A stretch of 60,314 bases of DNA, the filler included, from Porpidia crustulata (taxonomy: Eukaryota), in assembly GCA_964255105.1 (NCBI GenBank). It is 10 parts of 10 records of this genome, joined end to end, with 100 filler letters (N's around TTAATTAATTAA, not from the genome) between each part and the next. Parts side by side here need not be neighbours in the genome. Positions count along the whole stretch, not along the records: positions 12,124 to 18,082 come from CAXUWE010001666.1; positions 18,183 to 24,128 come from CAXUWE010001667.1; positions 24,229 to 30,172 come from CAXUWE010001668.1; 7 more parts are not named here. One strand, given 5' to 3'. The translations under genes were made by a program, and so were the position numbers. How positions within the stretch are numbered: position 1 is the stretch's first letter; each line of letters opens with the position of its first letter. Below are positions 12,719-25,351 of this stretch, one piece after another. Under the pieces are notes generated by a model. That model was given only the letters and a program-made list of their open reading frames with translations, had not been told where the DNA came from and ran no database searches.

Positions 12719-13140
12719 CTAGACAGCGCCAGCCGCTTTCAGCAAGGCAGGGAGCTCATTCTTCTTCGATTGTAAATCAGAGTTGGCACCAATATGCTTC
12801 TGCTGGATGAAGATATTGGGAACAGATCGCTGATGTGTCATCTCTTCAAGAGCATTCTGAATATCGGCTCCGTCATCTGGACACGACGCATCAGCAGGCT
12901 TTCAAAGGAAGATGTAGAAGGCATGAACATACCGACTTCATCCAGCTCTATAACGTAAAACTTTGCGTTCAATTCGCTCAAAGTCTGCTTGGTAGCTTTG
13001 CAATACGGACAGTACGACTTGCTGAAGACGGCTAGAATTATGTCCGTTAGCCACAACATGAGAAACGCATGAAACAAGGTGCTCATACCAACGGCATTCT
13101 CATCGATGATCTTTTGAGCCTTGGTCTTTGCGGCGGACAT
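12719..13140 (-). CDS. GRX1: Dithiol glutaredoxin (CPYC)
   Basis: MSAAKTKAQKIIDENAV|AVFSKSYCPYC...|DDGADIQNAL...RSVPNIFI..HIGANSDL; two introns (first 13088-13032); TAG at 12721-12719. Confidence 0.93.
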
Positions 13141-13366
13141 GACTGCGGGGTTCACGCTCGAGGCGAAGAATCGACGTAGGAACGAAATGATGGGCAATCG
13201 CTATGCTGAGCGTATGTTTGAGATGGACAAGAACTCTGTTGAGCTTGATTCGAATTTAATATATGTATGACGGAACTGTGGTGATAGGGTAAACAAAGGT
13301 ATAGTTGTTGATATTCGCCATCCGTTCTCCGTAGATTATTCATAATGCGAATTGCGGGCGGCGAAA

Positions 13367-13374
13367 TGACGTAA
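13367..13374. promoter_or_regulatory. ATF/CRE-type bZIP site upstream of glutaredoxin
   Basis: TGACGTAA about 230 bp upstream of the glutaredoxin ATG; motif match only. Confidence 0.35.
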
Positions 13375-13879
13375 TCGTCCGTTTACTTCGGCCTCGGCCT
13401 TCCGTGATGCCTCATCTTTGTCTTCAACCGTAACAATATGAACTGCTCTTTGGCAAGGGCTCACTACCTTACTATTCTCGCGGAGGTATGCCGCTCACAC
13501 CACTCACATTGTTCTCCATGTTGAAGGCGCCAAACCCTCCCACGTACTTCTGAGTTGATCACTAATTTTCAGCAACAGAGTATCTATTTCACTACTCTAA
13601 CAGGCTCGCTTACGGCAAAGTCTTCCCACCGCCCCTTCGATTTGCATTGACCATGGGATATCAGGACAAGAACGCCTTGCAGATATGCAAGTTATCATAT
13701 AAATGAGTCATCGATGTAGGCTGCACCTTCCTCAACATATATACTCGGAATGTGTACACACTATAGACTCTCCTATTGTTGGTCAAGTCGGAATCAAACA
13801 TGCTTCTTATGCTTTGAGCCACGGATCAGCGGATTCGACTTGAAAGCTAAAACTTACAGAAATATTAGCAATCGACAAG

Positions 13880-15166
13880 ATGCCTCAAACACTTCGGAAG
13901 ACACGGTTTGTTTGTATTTCAGACACCCACAATGCCAATCCGGCAAACGGTGCTTTCAAGCTTCCGAAAGGCGATGTTCTCATTCATGCAGGTGATCTGA
14001 CTACCCAAGGATCTCTCTCGGAACTCCGCAAGACTTTGGATTGGATTGAGAAAGCAGATTTTGAAGTCAAGATTGTAATTGCGGGTAGCTAGGGCTTGCG
14101 TCGATTGATGCACAACTGACAGCTGATCGGGGTAGGCAATCACGATATCACCCTAGATCCTGCTTTCTACGCGGAGTATGGCCTTTATTTCCATAACCAG
14201 ATTCCCCAAGATCCTCAAGCCTGCATGGATGCAGTCAAAGATTGCAGATCCATTACCTTTCTGAATCATGAATCTGCCGAAATACGACTCGTCAAAGAAG
14301 GAGGACCTCGCACCAAATTCAAGGTTTTCGGATCTCCGTATTCGCCGGCTAGAGGCCGTTGGGCGTTTGGATACTCCTCTGAACAAGCTTCTAGCATATG
14401 GGAGAAGATCCCGCTAGATGCTGAAGTTGTTATTACTCATACACCTCCAAAGTATCATTGCGACGAATCGAGGGATCGTGGAGCAGCCGGCTGCGAGATC
14501 CTGCGCCAGAATTTATGGCGGATTCGGCCATGTCTAGCAATTTGTGGACATGTGCATGAAGGTAGAGGAGTTGAAAGAGTTTTGTGGGATCTTGAATCGT
14601 CGAATATCAAGTTTAAGGAAAGCAAGGTACAATACTGGATAGACCCAGGACAGGACAACAAGAAACAATGCCTTGTCGATTTGACTAGTAAAAGAGCAGA
14701 TCCTCTCGATAATACGGGCTCGTTTGTCACTGCGACTCCGTTGGCTAACACCGCAGTCTTATCAGAGAAGTCTGGTACAAAGTCTAATCCTCGTTGGAAG
14801 AAACACCGTCACCCTCTCCCTTCGTTAGAATCAAAGCCTGAACTTTATCAATCTATCTCGAACAAGGGCCATTCCCTACCTACCCGAGAAACCTTTGCTG
14901 CTATGAATGCCAATCTACCTACCGATGCGTCTTTGACTTTGACGTTAAGGATACAGGACAGATCATCGGCCTTGCATGGACAAGGTGGTATTCCACCATC
15001 GGGGCGCTGTGATTTGGAAGCTCTGTCAGGGAGGATGGCGAGGAGAGAAACATGCGTCATCAACGCCGCCATGATGGCATCGAGTTGGCCACATTCGACG
15101 AGTAACATCAAGAAATACAACAAGCCAATTGTCGTTGACATCGATTTGCCCACATGGGAGACTTAG
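13880..15166 (+). CDS. Calcineurin-like metallophosphoesterase (MPPED-type)
   Basis: Motifs ISDTH, HAGDLT, AG|NHD (across an intron at ~14086-14136), THTPP and CGHVHEG. Confidence 0.88.
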
Positions 15167-17127
15167 TCCGAACGTAAGCATTGGTATAGGAACCACGTTG
15201 ACGATAGGGATTGTCCTCGGTTATGATCATCGTGTCCGAATGACTTGGCGTATTCAAGCCTTTTGCATTGGCTAGCAGAGAAAAAAGGTTATGCACGATG
15301 CGATAATTCTTGATGACACCGATGAGGTAGCTAAGTATTAGGCGGCTGACGGATACTTGCGCGCAGATAGATGGTGCTGCTACTTGATACACCACGCATA
15401 GCCATGTTACTAGAGTGTTTATAGTCATTTGGTCTGCACTGCATTGGGGGTTCAAAAACGCATAGCCAGAGCAAGGCTCGCAACCGCATGTGAGGCATAA
15501 TTTCATCAGCCCCATTATTTGCAGAGGACTGTGGGATGTACAAATTAATAAATGATAAGACTAATCTGCCGAGCTTGAGTACGCACCTTGGCCATCAACA
15601 TCGACATTGAACAAGAGCGAGTCAGCATCAGCATCACACTGTACTAACCCCGCGAATGCTTTCCTGAGTTAGTAGTATACTAGACTCTGCATAGGCTCAC
15701 AGGCCCTGACGATTGTGATAAGATGCAGCATGCAGCCAGCTGCACAAGTATGGTTAACTGTACCCCGCCGTCATGCTTTAAAACATCCGAAGACGCCCTC
15801 CTTGATTGGCCTGATACCAACACTACTCTGTAACCGCCGAAACATCAAGCCCAAGGCTTAATGTTTACCCCGAGGTTATTGGCAGGACTCAGGAAACAAA
15901 CAGCATGCCGACGTATCCCGCATGCGTATTGTCCCTGCACTAAACCGCCAGATTCCGCGTGGATTGTATGATTTGGTCTCCAATTCGCTGTTTGTCCCCG
16001 CCATATGGATGTCCATCTGCCACATGTTGTCCGGCCCGCTCCTAGAGCTGAAATCCACCGGTTTCTGGACTCTGAAGACTTAGGGGTCAGGATGATCAAT
16101 AGTAGACACTGTGATCAAGGCTCTGAGCGACGGCCTCGGGCGTGTTCCAATGCAAAGACTTCCCATGGAAGCATTGAATATGCTATCACGTCGTCTTGAG
16201 AAGAAGCCTCGGGGAGTTGATGCCGTCGGTTTAGTAGATCGTTCAACAATTGCATGTGTAGACAAGACATCCCTAGTACAAGTCCGAGACCAAGGTAAAG
16301 TCGCCAGAAGATAAACCCTGTCAGCTGCTGCTGCTGCTGCCACTTCACTGCCTGATATCCTCCCTGCTGTGCCAAGCCTGGCTCTTATTTTACTCACTCA
16401 TTCATCCTAGAAAGGCTTTCGTAGCAAGCATTGGGCTTCCAACGTGACCAAGCCCCCTTCTCCCTTCATCCTTTGACACTTGTAACACCTATCTTAACGT
16501 TTCTGACACATGACTCTTCGTTTGAGCCATTGCAATCCTTCTATTTCGAAGTCATCCAATAGTTGTGCAGTCGCTCTGATATATTGAAAGACTCAGACGT
16601 GAGACGGCTGTAGAGCCCCGCACAGGCAGTCGGTCGCACAGTGAAAGAACTAAGCAGTTCCTCACCGCCTCACAAACCATACGACAGCAACAACAAACCG
16701 ATCAACCGAAGTATTGCAAAACATACTCATCCTCCTATCTTTTACATAGAAACGTCGACTTTCTTTTGCTGTCTACGAGAGTCCATTACCAGCTTTGTCA
16801 GCTTTATTGCCACTCAAGACTCTGACGTTGGCCGTGGCGTCGGCCACACTTGTACCCGTTGCGGTCGTAAAAAACTGCCACAACCAGAGGTTAACTTCAT
16901 CACTTTCAACTGTCATCGTGTTCAGAATACACTTACACAGTATTTCACGAAGAACACATTCATAGATATTGATACCCCCCAACTCTCACATTCCCGACTT
17001 CCACCCAGCCACGCGTACGGATTCAGGCCTAGAGGGCCTACTTATGACAGGTCTTGCACCTTCATTTCGCGGGTCAATGCTTCAACCTCCTTGAGAGCTT
17101 CCGACTCGTTACCCAGCTTCCTGCATA

Positions 17128-18082
17128 ATGGATGATCCTTTACCACCAAATCCTTATAAGGTTTTGAATGTTCCCAAGGATGCATCGCTCGCTACCATTC
17201 GGAGCGCCCACCGAAAGCTCGTTCTTACCTGTCATCCCGATAAGGTTCAAGATGAATCGTTGAAGCAGCAAAAGTCGGAGCAGTTTCAAGAAGTGCAACG
17301 TGCGTATGAAATTCTCAGTAACGACACGAGTCGGCAGAGATACGATGATAGGGCAAAGGTTGTAGAATTGAGGGCGGAGATGGCGGCAGAGCGTGGATCC
17401 CCTCGGATGCCACCAGATTCAGGACGTTGGAGTGGTCATTCGCCCACCACTGAGATACGAGGAGGCCGGGTGTATGAAGAGAGGGTCCCTCGAAGGTCTT
17501 ATGACGATGAGCATTTCAGCTCGAAATACCACGAGCCGCGTGTGTCTAAGAGGTATGAGGATGATTCGTACTTTCCAGCAACTTCGAGAAGGTCAACAGG
17601 CCGTTTGCCGGACGAGAAAAGGAGAGGCCGGGAGGTAGAGGAAGAAAGGGAGCAACGGGATCGCGTGGCGGCGGACAAGATCAGGAGGGATAAGGAAGCA
17701 CAGAAGACGGCCAGAAAGGTGGGACAGTCAGAGCGAACTAGAGAACGGGAAAGAGAGAGGAGGAGAGAATCCGACTCTAAAAGGAGGGACAGATTTGCGT
17801 ACGCAGAATCCGAGTCAGAATCCGAGTCTGAACTTGAACCCGAATTTGAATATCGATCTGCCAGGCGCGAGGCAACACCCAAACGGAGACAGGAGGAACT
17901 ACCACGTAGGACTAGCAAGCGAGAACCAACAGTTGAAGATGATTACATACCGAGGGAGTATCACCGTGAGCGCGCGGCAGAAGACTATATCAATAAAGCC
18001 AGCGGTAGAGTTCCATTAGAACGTCGTCCAACTGGGTTTGATAGAACTCCGTCGTCGTTCAGTTCCCGTCCACCACCACCGC
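17128..18082 (+). CDS. DnaJ (J-domain) protein with charged disordered tail (3' truncated)
   Basis: NPYKVLNV...AHRKLVLTCHPDK...FQEVQRAYEILS..RQRYD, with the HPD motif. Confidence 0.88.
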
Positions 18083-18182
18083 NNNNNNNNNNNNNNNNNN
18101 NNNNNNNNNNNNNNNNNNNNNNNNNNTTAATTAATTAANNNNNNNNNNNNNNNNNNNNNNNNNNNNNNNNNNNNNNNNNNNN
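18083..18182. other. Artificial contig spacer
   Basis: N44-TTAATTAATTAA-N44. Confidence 0.98.
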
Positions 18183-19245
18183 GTTCGATATCCTGCGTCT
18201 TATCCAACTGAGGGACGATCCCCCTCCATGTCCCGCGGCTCACACCCAGTCCACACTGGCAATCCCAGTCTCAGTCCCAGCAAAAAGACGCCTTGATGTG
18301 TGTGCAAAAAGATCCGACGACGTATCAAACTGTGCTATTGCGCCCCGCGCCCTGCCGAGCCTTGCCTGTGCACCTTCTTGCGCAACAATCGAGCTTTCCC
18401 TTAAAGCACCATGGGACATTGCGCATGTGATTGTCCCAAATATCTTGAATAGGTAAAGGTTCGGGACTCTAGTCGTGCTTCAAGAGGCAAAGTGAGGCAG
18501 CATTTGATGCCCTAAGCAGTGTCGGAAGCGGATCGCAATACAGTAATCAGGCTGGACGGAGGTGGACTTGGTTGTGAAAGAAGAAGGCGACTCGTAAGCT
18601 TTCGATATAGATTAGTTGCGAGGCTCGTATCACACCGGATGGTTAATTACCTAGACAAGGCCCCTCGATTATCTGGCCTCTTTTGACTAGAATCCCCCCC
18701 CTGGTGGTGCTAGTCAGTCGAATAATAACCACTGGCGAACAGCCCCGCTATGTCTCTCATCCACACACTTCACACTTGATGTTTCATCATATCACGACAT
18801 CTTACCATTCCAGGTCTTCTTCTGTCATTGTCGCTGTGATCGGTCTTGACTGTATTAACATGTTCTAGCGGTCGTTCTGTATCATCCATTTCCACTTTCT
18901 ACCGATCTTATCGGCCAGTCGCACGGTTCCTGAGTCCCCCGCTATCTCAGCGTATCAGCATTAGACCTACTCAAGTACGGCTGAATAGGATTTCTACCAG
19001 GTAACCTTTTCGGAGACCACGTCGCAAGTACCTATTTTGCGACCTCATAGGATACTTATATTTCGACGATTTCTGGCATACTCGATGGAAGCCCTACATC
19101 TGGCCGTCACCCTATTAAACTGATGCATGACGAACTTGATCCTGGACCGATCCCAAGGCTGCGTACTGTCCCTTGACGGCTTGCGAGCCCTGTTCAAGAT
19201 ATTTATTTACCCCAACTACCTGCAAGTTTATTTAGCGGAATCATC

Positions 19246-21521
19246 ATGGCGACCACCTTCCATTCCGTCAATGTGGGTCTGGGGCTGAATGACTTCTCCA
19301 GCGAGGTGACCACTCCCACAACGCCTCGAGCACTTCCCGTCACATCAGAGCGAACCCACATCGTTTCATCAACAGCAGGGTCCGCACTCACGACACCCAC
19401 GAGGCTCAGCTTCGCTGGCGTCGAAGGTCAGAGACCTTTGCCGAAGTCGCCTTTTAGCAGCCCGTTCGCACCGTCTCAGCTGCAAAATGCAAGCAAAATG
19501 CAACGCGAGGAATTGAACCGTGGAAGTTCAGATCGCTCGATACAAACAGCAGGGTCTCAGGACGTAGACATGGACGATTCGGACGACGGCGAAGGAGAAG
19601 AAGGTTCTGATGGCGAAAGCATAGACGGAGAGACTGGGAGGCCAAAGAAAAAGAAGAAAGGCCAAAGATTCTTCTGTACCGACTTTCCCCCATGCAGCTT
19701 AAGTTTTACCAGGAGCGAGCACCTTGCAAGACATATACGGTAGGTTTTGACAGCCGCAACTGCTCAACGGTTGCTGATGATCCCAGGAAACACACTGGGG
19801 AAAGACCCTTTCAGTGCCATTGCTCGCGCAGATTTTCCCGGCTTGACAATCTACGACAGCACGCACAGACGGTACATGTCAATGAAGAAATACCCGGGGA
19901 TTCTCTGGCTGCTACTGGCACTCGCTTCCAACGGCAAATTCGGACGGACCGTGTACGGCCAGGAAGCGGTAGATCGCGGGCTTCGACGGCAAGTAGCCAG
20001 GGGAGTCATGGTAGAGGTCATAGCCGGAATTTATCGACCTCAAGCATCGGTTCAACGACATCTACCATAAGTAGGGACGATGGTCGAAGAAGGCCGCCAC
20101 CTCTTATGATGGCAGGTGACCCGAACTCTCGCGCTCGATTGAGCTTGGACATTCTGAGAGCCCGTCCATCCACCCCTCCTACTCAGTACACGCATTTGAG
20201 AGAAAATTCGGGAGAAATCAGCACGCCCACGTCAACAACCTTTTCCAATGGACCCAATAGTCCAGGTTACGGCTCATCGATAGGCTCTCCCGTCTCCGCC
20301 GCATCGCGTTCAATGAGCCTCTGGAGCGGCAATCCAACTCATGGCCGCAGGCTCTCTGTTCCGTCGGGGATCAATCCGTTCCAGTCACCCCACGGCAGCA
20401 CTTATCCGCCTTCGTATCTCAGCCCGCTAGCTCCTTCAAATTCATCAAATATGTCGAGCAACAGCAGTGTGTACGGTAGCCCGACAAGCTCAACTTACTC
20501 CATCTCTCGCCGTGACTCGGCGCTTGCAGCTGAAGCTGAGTGGAGGAGGCGAACATGGCACCCAAGTACACATTCAAACTACTCCCGGCCTGCGACTAGT
20601 GGACTTAGCTACTTTCAAAGCGCTGATGCGCCTCAGCCGGCATTTGCACCCCAGGCCACGCAAGCAGCCAATCAATCACAGCGACTACCAGGTATTGAGA
20701 CATTTGACCAGATCTCGCATCGCCCTGTGACACCCGCGCGAGGGTCAAGTCCGATGCAGGTTGATTCTCCGAGCAGACCCCCTATCTACCCGGGGCCTTC
20801 AGTGCAGAATACTTCAGGGCCGAACGATAGGAGAGGCCATGCTTCATGGGATATGTCACTTCACCGAAACCTAACAAGGCTCGATATAGCCGCTTACGGC
20901 ACATCGCCGAATAAGGACGCTGGTATATGGGGTCAGCAGACGCTAGCAGACATACGGGATGCTGCATCTAAACCTTCGCCTCCACATGCGGACCAAGGTC
21001 GCCGCGCATTTCCAGTCATCCATCAGGAATCCCAAAAGCGACCCGTGGAGACAACGTACCTGCTGCCTACGACGCCGAACAGGAGCAAACGACACGGGTG
21101 GTACGCCGGACCCCCGCTAGCCTCCCAGCAGGCCCAACCCCAAATCCAACCGCGAAGATCCCCCGAAGATTCTAGCAGTAGCGATGGGGTACCTACCCCG
21201 TCGTTCTCCGCCCTCGAGTATCATCCTTCGATTGTACATAGTAATGGTTATATCGAATCTAACTACGCTCCCGCAGCAGCTGCCGCATCCCAACAGGTGA
21301 GTCTCGCCTGATACCCTCGATTTAGCATCATGCTGATGGCTTCGAATTAGAATTATACCCATCACGGTCAAGCTCCTTCAGGGTACCCAGTGGGGTCTGA
21401 GGTTGGCGTTATGGCAGCTTCTCAGCATGATACGCCAAAGCACAACGACATGAGTGGGCTGGAAGTGCTTGTCGCCGTAGCCACCAGTGGCGAAAAGGCT
21501 CCTACGGCTCCGACCCACTAA
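19246..21521 (+). CDS. nsdC: C2H2 zinc-finger transcription factor, NsdC/Usv1 family
   Basis: [60 protein letters not shown] (intron 19740-19786); RRRTWHP; last exon ending LEVLVAVAT...TAA at 21521. Confidence 0.82.
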
Positions 21522-22756
21522 CCCATCAAGTTCTCTTCGAGATATATATTTGAACGCCTTCCGAGGATGCGGGTTTTACATTGAAGCGGAAACATTCTCG
21601 GTATGGCAGCAGGACGGAATTTACGATATAACGAGATCGACACTACAAGTACCTTCATGGCTGCGTTTGAGATACCCATGAGAGGAATGCAGCAGAGGCG
21701 TTGCAGCGATGGGAGTTGTAGCGGGAGTCTTTGAATTTGTCTGAATGGCTTTGCAGACAGGAACCTGACGTTCGTTTGCTCTTCTTGTGGATATTATGTT
21801 TTTGGCCTTTTACGATCGCTATGGGGGCAGGGTTGATTTCAGGCGCTGCTTCCGCGGATACCACTGAGTGATTTTTGCGGAGACCGATTGTTGGAGTTTG
21901 TATTATGGTGTGTAGATGGCTATAGCTATTGCACTTGTTTTACGACTTTTGGCAAACTGTATCTTCTGGCTACCGACCAACTACTTCCACGGATCTCACA
22001 GGTACGGTCTGCTGCATTGTGCGATCGCGGAATTTGTCGAGACTCTGGCTACGGCGCCGAATTAGGAAATGGGGTTGAAGGGTGCAGATTGATTTGATAC
22101 GGCTTTTCGTGTACATAGTACCATGCACACAATGGCCGAAGAGAGTATTTCCCATGGGTCTTGAACGTGCTCATACGGGGGTTTATTCTAGCGAGGAATC
22201 CGCTCCTTTCCGTGCCGCTCGTCCAATCGTGAGTCGAGATTTGATAAAAACGTCATTTGGGGAAGCTGTATCACCACATTAATCTCGAATGCATACCTTA
22301 CCTTGCCTGATCTTACCATAGATGCGATTGAGCAGTAGATCGTATTGCGCTATCCTGAATAGAAATACTAACACTCTGGCTTAGCGGGTGCTACTCACTC
22401 ATGCATACATTTACTTCGTCACAACCTTTCTAATCTAACTGCCTCTTCTTTAATTGTTGCGACACTTCCCTATTTCGTACCTTTCGATCTCCGAAATTAC
22501 TGAATTTGGAAGTGAGAGTAGACGGTGGAAATTACTTATTCTCTGTTATTGGCATTGAATTCTGCATTGCGCATCCGTTCATACTGCTCTCTCTCATCCA
22601 CTAAGATCCCTTATCTCTCCACGTTTCCTAATACTGCCGACTTGAGGTAACATCTCTCAAGACATTTCAATCCCGCGATTTGTATTTCTGATTACTACGC
22701 TGGTCCTACGCTGGTCCCTTGCTTACATTCTGAGGCTTCAGTCAACAATAATTCCC

Positions 22757-24128
22757 ATGCCGAATTTACTACTCGCGGACGACATGGCTTCGTTGGTTCC
22801 CGATGTCGAGAAGCCGAGTAATTCCTACATTCATCAGCCGCCACAAGTACATTTTGAACACTCTACAAAGAAGCGTCCAAGGTCCATCACATTTGCAACT
22901 TCGCCATCGGTGACTCATGCTGCTTCCATAGCGGGTCAGCCGCCCACGCCTCCCCTCACACCAATAAGCTCCCAACCCAGGAGAGCTTCCACAAGTGCGG
23001 AAACTTCACCTTTGGGTATCATGAGCTTGGATCGTTCAGTCGGTTTGATATCCCACTCGATGGGGGACACACGCTTGGAAGGCGAAAGAAAAGAGCCCTC
23101 GTGGGAAGAAACCATACCACTACCACCAACGAAGAATTATGTGCTTTTGGGCTCTGCCTCCTCCGGCTATGAAGAGTACGGACGCGGCGTCTGGAGTGTC
23201 GTTCACCGTGCCGTTACAGTATCGAGTCCAGAAGTCTCATCACCGGCGCTCCTGACGCCCCCGGCGTCTCCCACCAGCAACTCCAGCCCAGCCACGAATG
23301 ACCAAAGCATTTTAGCAATCAAAGCTCCTTCTCGCCGCGATGCCTACAAAGTTCTCGATTCCGAAGCTTGTATCCTCACATACATACACGCCTCTCCTCT
23401 CGCCAAGAAACATCTTGTCCCATTTTACGGCTACGACGCATCGGTCCACCGCATTCTTATGGGCCCAGTACCACTAAGTCTAGAGTCTCATGCAAAAGCT
23501 GCAGCCAAATTTGCGCGAGAAAATCTTTCGACAAAAATAATGTTTGATCCCGTCGTCGGTACCTCCCAATGGGCCCAATTAGCCACCCACCTAATCGCTG
23601 GCCTCGAATTCCTACACTCGAGATCCTGCATCCATGGCGATATCAAACCCGCCAACATCCTACTCCAGGCTTCCTCTGACCCTAATAGCTCAATCGCCTA
23701 CACCCCTCTTTACACCGACTTCTCTTCCTCGTCAATAGTCTTCTCGACCGCTCCCACCGAGCAAGTATCAGCCCTCACGCCAGACTACGCTTCCCCAGAA
23801 TTACTTCTCTCGCTACAAAAAGGCGCCGCCGTCGCGACACCCGCTTCGGACGTCTACGCCCTCGCGGTAACCTTACTGACGGCCGCCATGGGAGAGAGTC
23901 CCTACGCGGGAGCGAGGATGGAAGTGCAAAAGTTGAGCATGTGCCGTGAAGGCAGGCCGCTCGATTTCGCACGAAACGGGAGCCAGGGATCGCGGATCTT
24001 GAAGGATGGAGAGGTTAGTAGGGTGCTTGCTGGGGCCGTGAAGGGCGTGGATGCGAGATGGGGCGTGGGGAGATGGAAGGAGGAGGCTGGGAAGGTGTTG
24101 GAGGAGTGGGTGATGCCTGCGGATATAA
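22757..24128 (+). CDS. Ser/Thr protein kinase (no stop before contig end)
   Basis: YGRGVWSVV loop, LAIK, HGDIKPANILL, DFS in place of DFG, YASPE, SDVYALA. Confidence 0.85.
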
Positions 24129-24228
24129 NNNNNNNNNNNNNNNNNNNNNNNNNNNNNNNNNNNNNNNNNNNNTTAATTAATTAANNNNNNNNNNNNNNNN
24201 NNNNNNNNNNNNNNNNNNNNNNNNNNNN
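24129..24228. other. Artificial contig spacer
   Basis: N44-TTAATTAATTAA-N44. Confidence 0.98.
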
Positions 24229-25351
24229 CTTCTCAGGCGCATGAGGGCCGTACCACAAAGTGCACATCGTTTTGTTCCGGCATCAAAACATCGGGAATCT
24301 GCGTAGCAGAGCTCTGGGCAAGCAGCAACCCATGTGCCGTCTATGCATTCTGCATGCAATCGCTGATCATTGCCCCAGCAACAAGCCTAACGAGTCCGAG
24401 ATGTTCATCTCTCTGCAAAATAACCAATCAAATCACACTGTAAGCGATACGTCGCATTGCCATTTATGCCTATCCATCTGACGTGTCTGGATACGAACAA
24501 GGCTCTCGGCTATCGGAAAATGCAGGGTTAATCAAAGGCTCTTTTTCTGTGACATTTGTGGTGTGCACTGCACACCTGGCCGGTGTGGTCGCTCGTGAGT
24601 TGTGCAGATATGCACGTACAATGTCACCCACCAATTCGGTGGATGCAAGCTGACTCATCACACCTGATATGCGAGTTGGTCGACCTGATTCGGAATGTAG
24701 GTAATCTGTTACTGCCTTGTTTTGGCTAATGCGTCTCTCAACCAAGTCTCGGATAAAATTTGCATTCCGTCGACTCGAGTCTGAACCGACGGAGCCTGCT
24801 ACTTGCTGGGCAAATGCGATCATGAAGGATCTCTCCTGAATCTGATAGGTTTTTTTGGAAGGCCTATACGAAGCCTCGAACGATTAATCTGCCAACTGCC
24901 TGCATCACCATTTGCTCCCAGGCTTTGCTAGTCGGGATGCGTTGCAATGCCGGACAAAGTTCAGCTCGTGCTCAGGCATGCACGCAAAGACCTTGATAGT
25001 GCGTCACTTCTAGGAAGATTCATGATATTCGGGCAGGTTTGGCGTCCCTTCGGGAGGTGGGTCTGTACCATACATCGGCAATATCTTCCAGCCTTTGTTC
25101 CCGCCCCAGGTCCAGCCCCTTGTAGGACGTTGCCGTCCGATGCATCTACGAGAGACTGGACGCCGTTTGAAAGATAGAGGGCGAAGGTAAGAACGCGGGA
25201 AGCTGCGTTGTATATATTTAAATCATTCGCCGTCCAATACACCTTTCAACATTGCTTCGCTAGAAGACGAAGGAACGAAAGTGATGAAAGTTGTCTCTCC
25301 AGCTTCTCGGTCAGCAATAGTTCGGACACAGTAACTCATTATCTCCCAATC

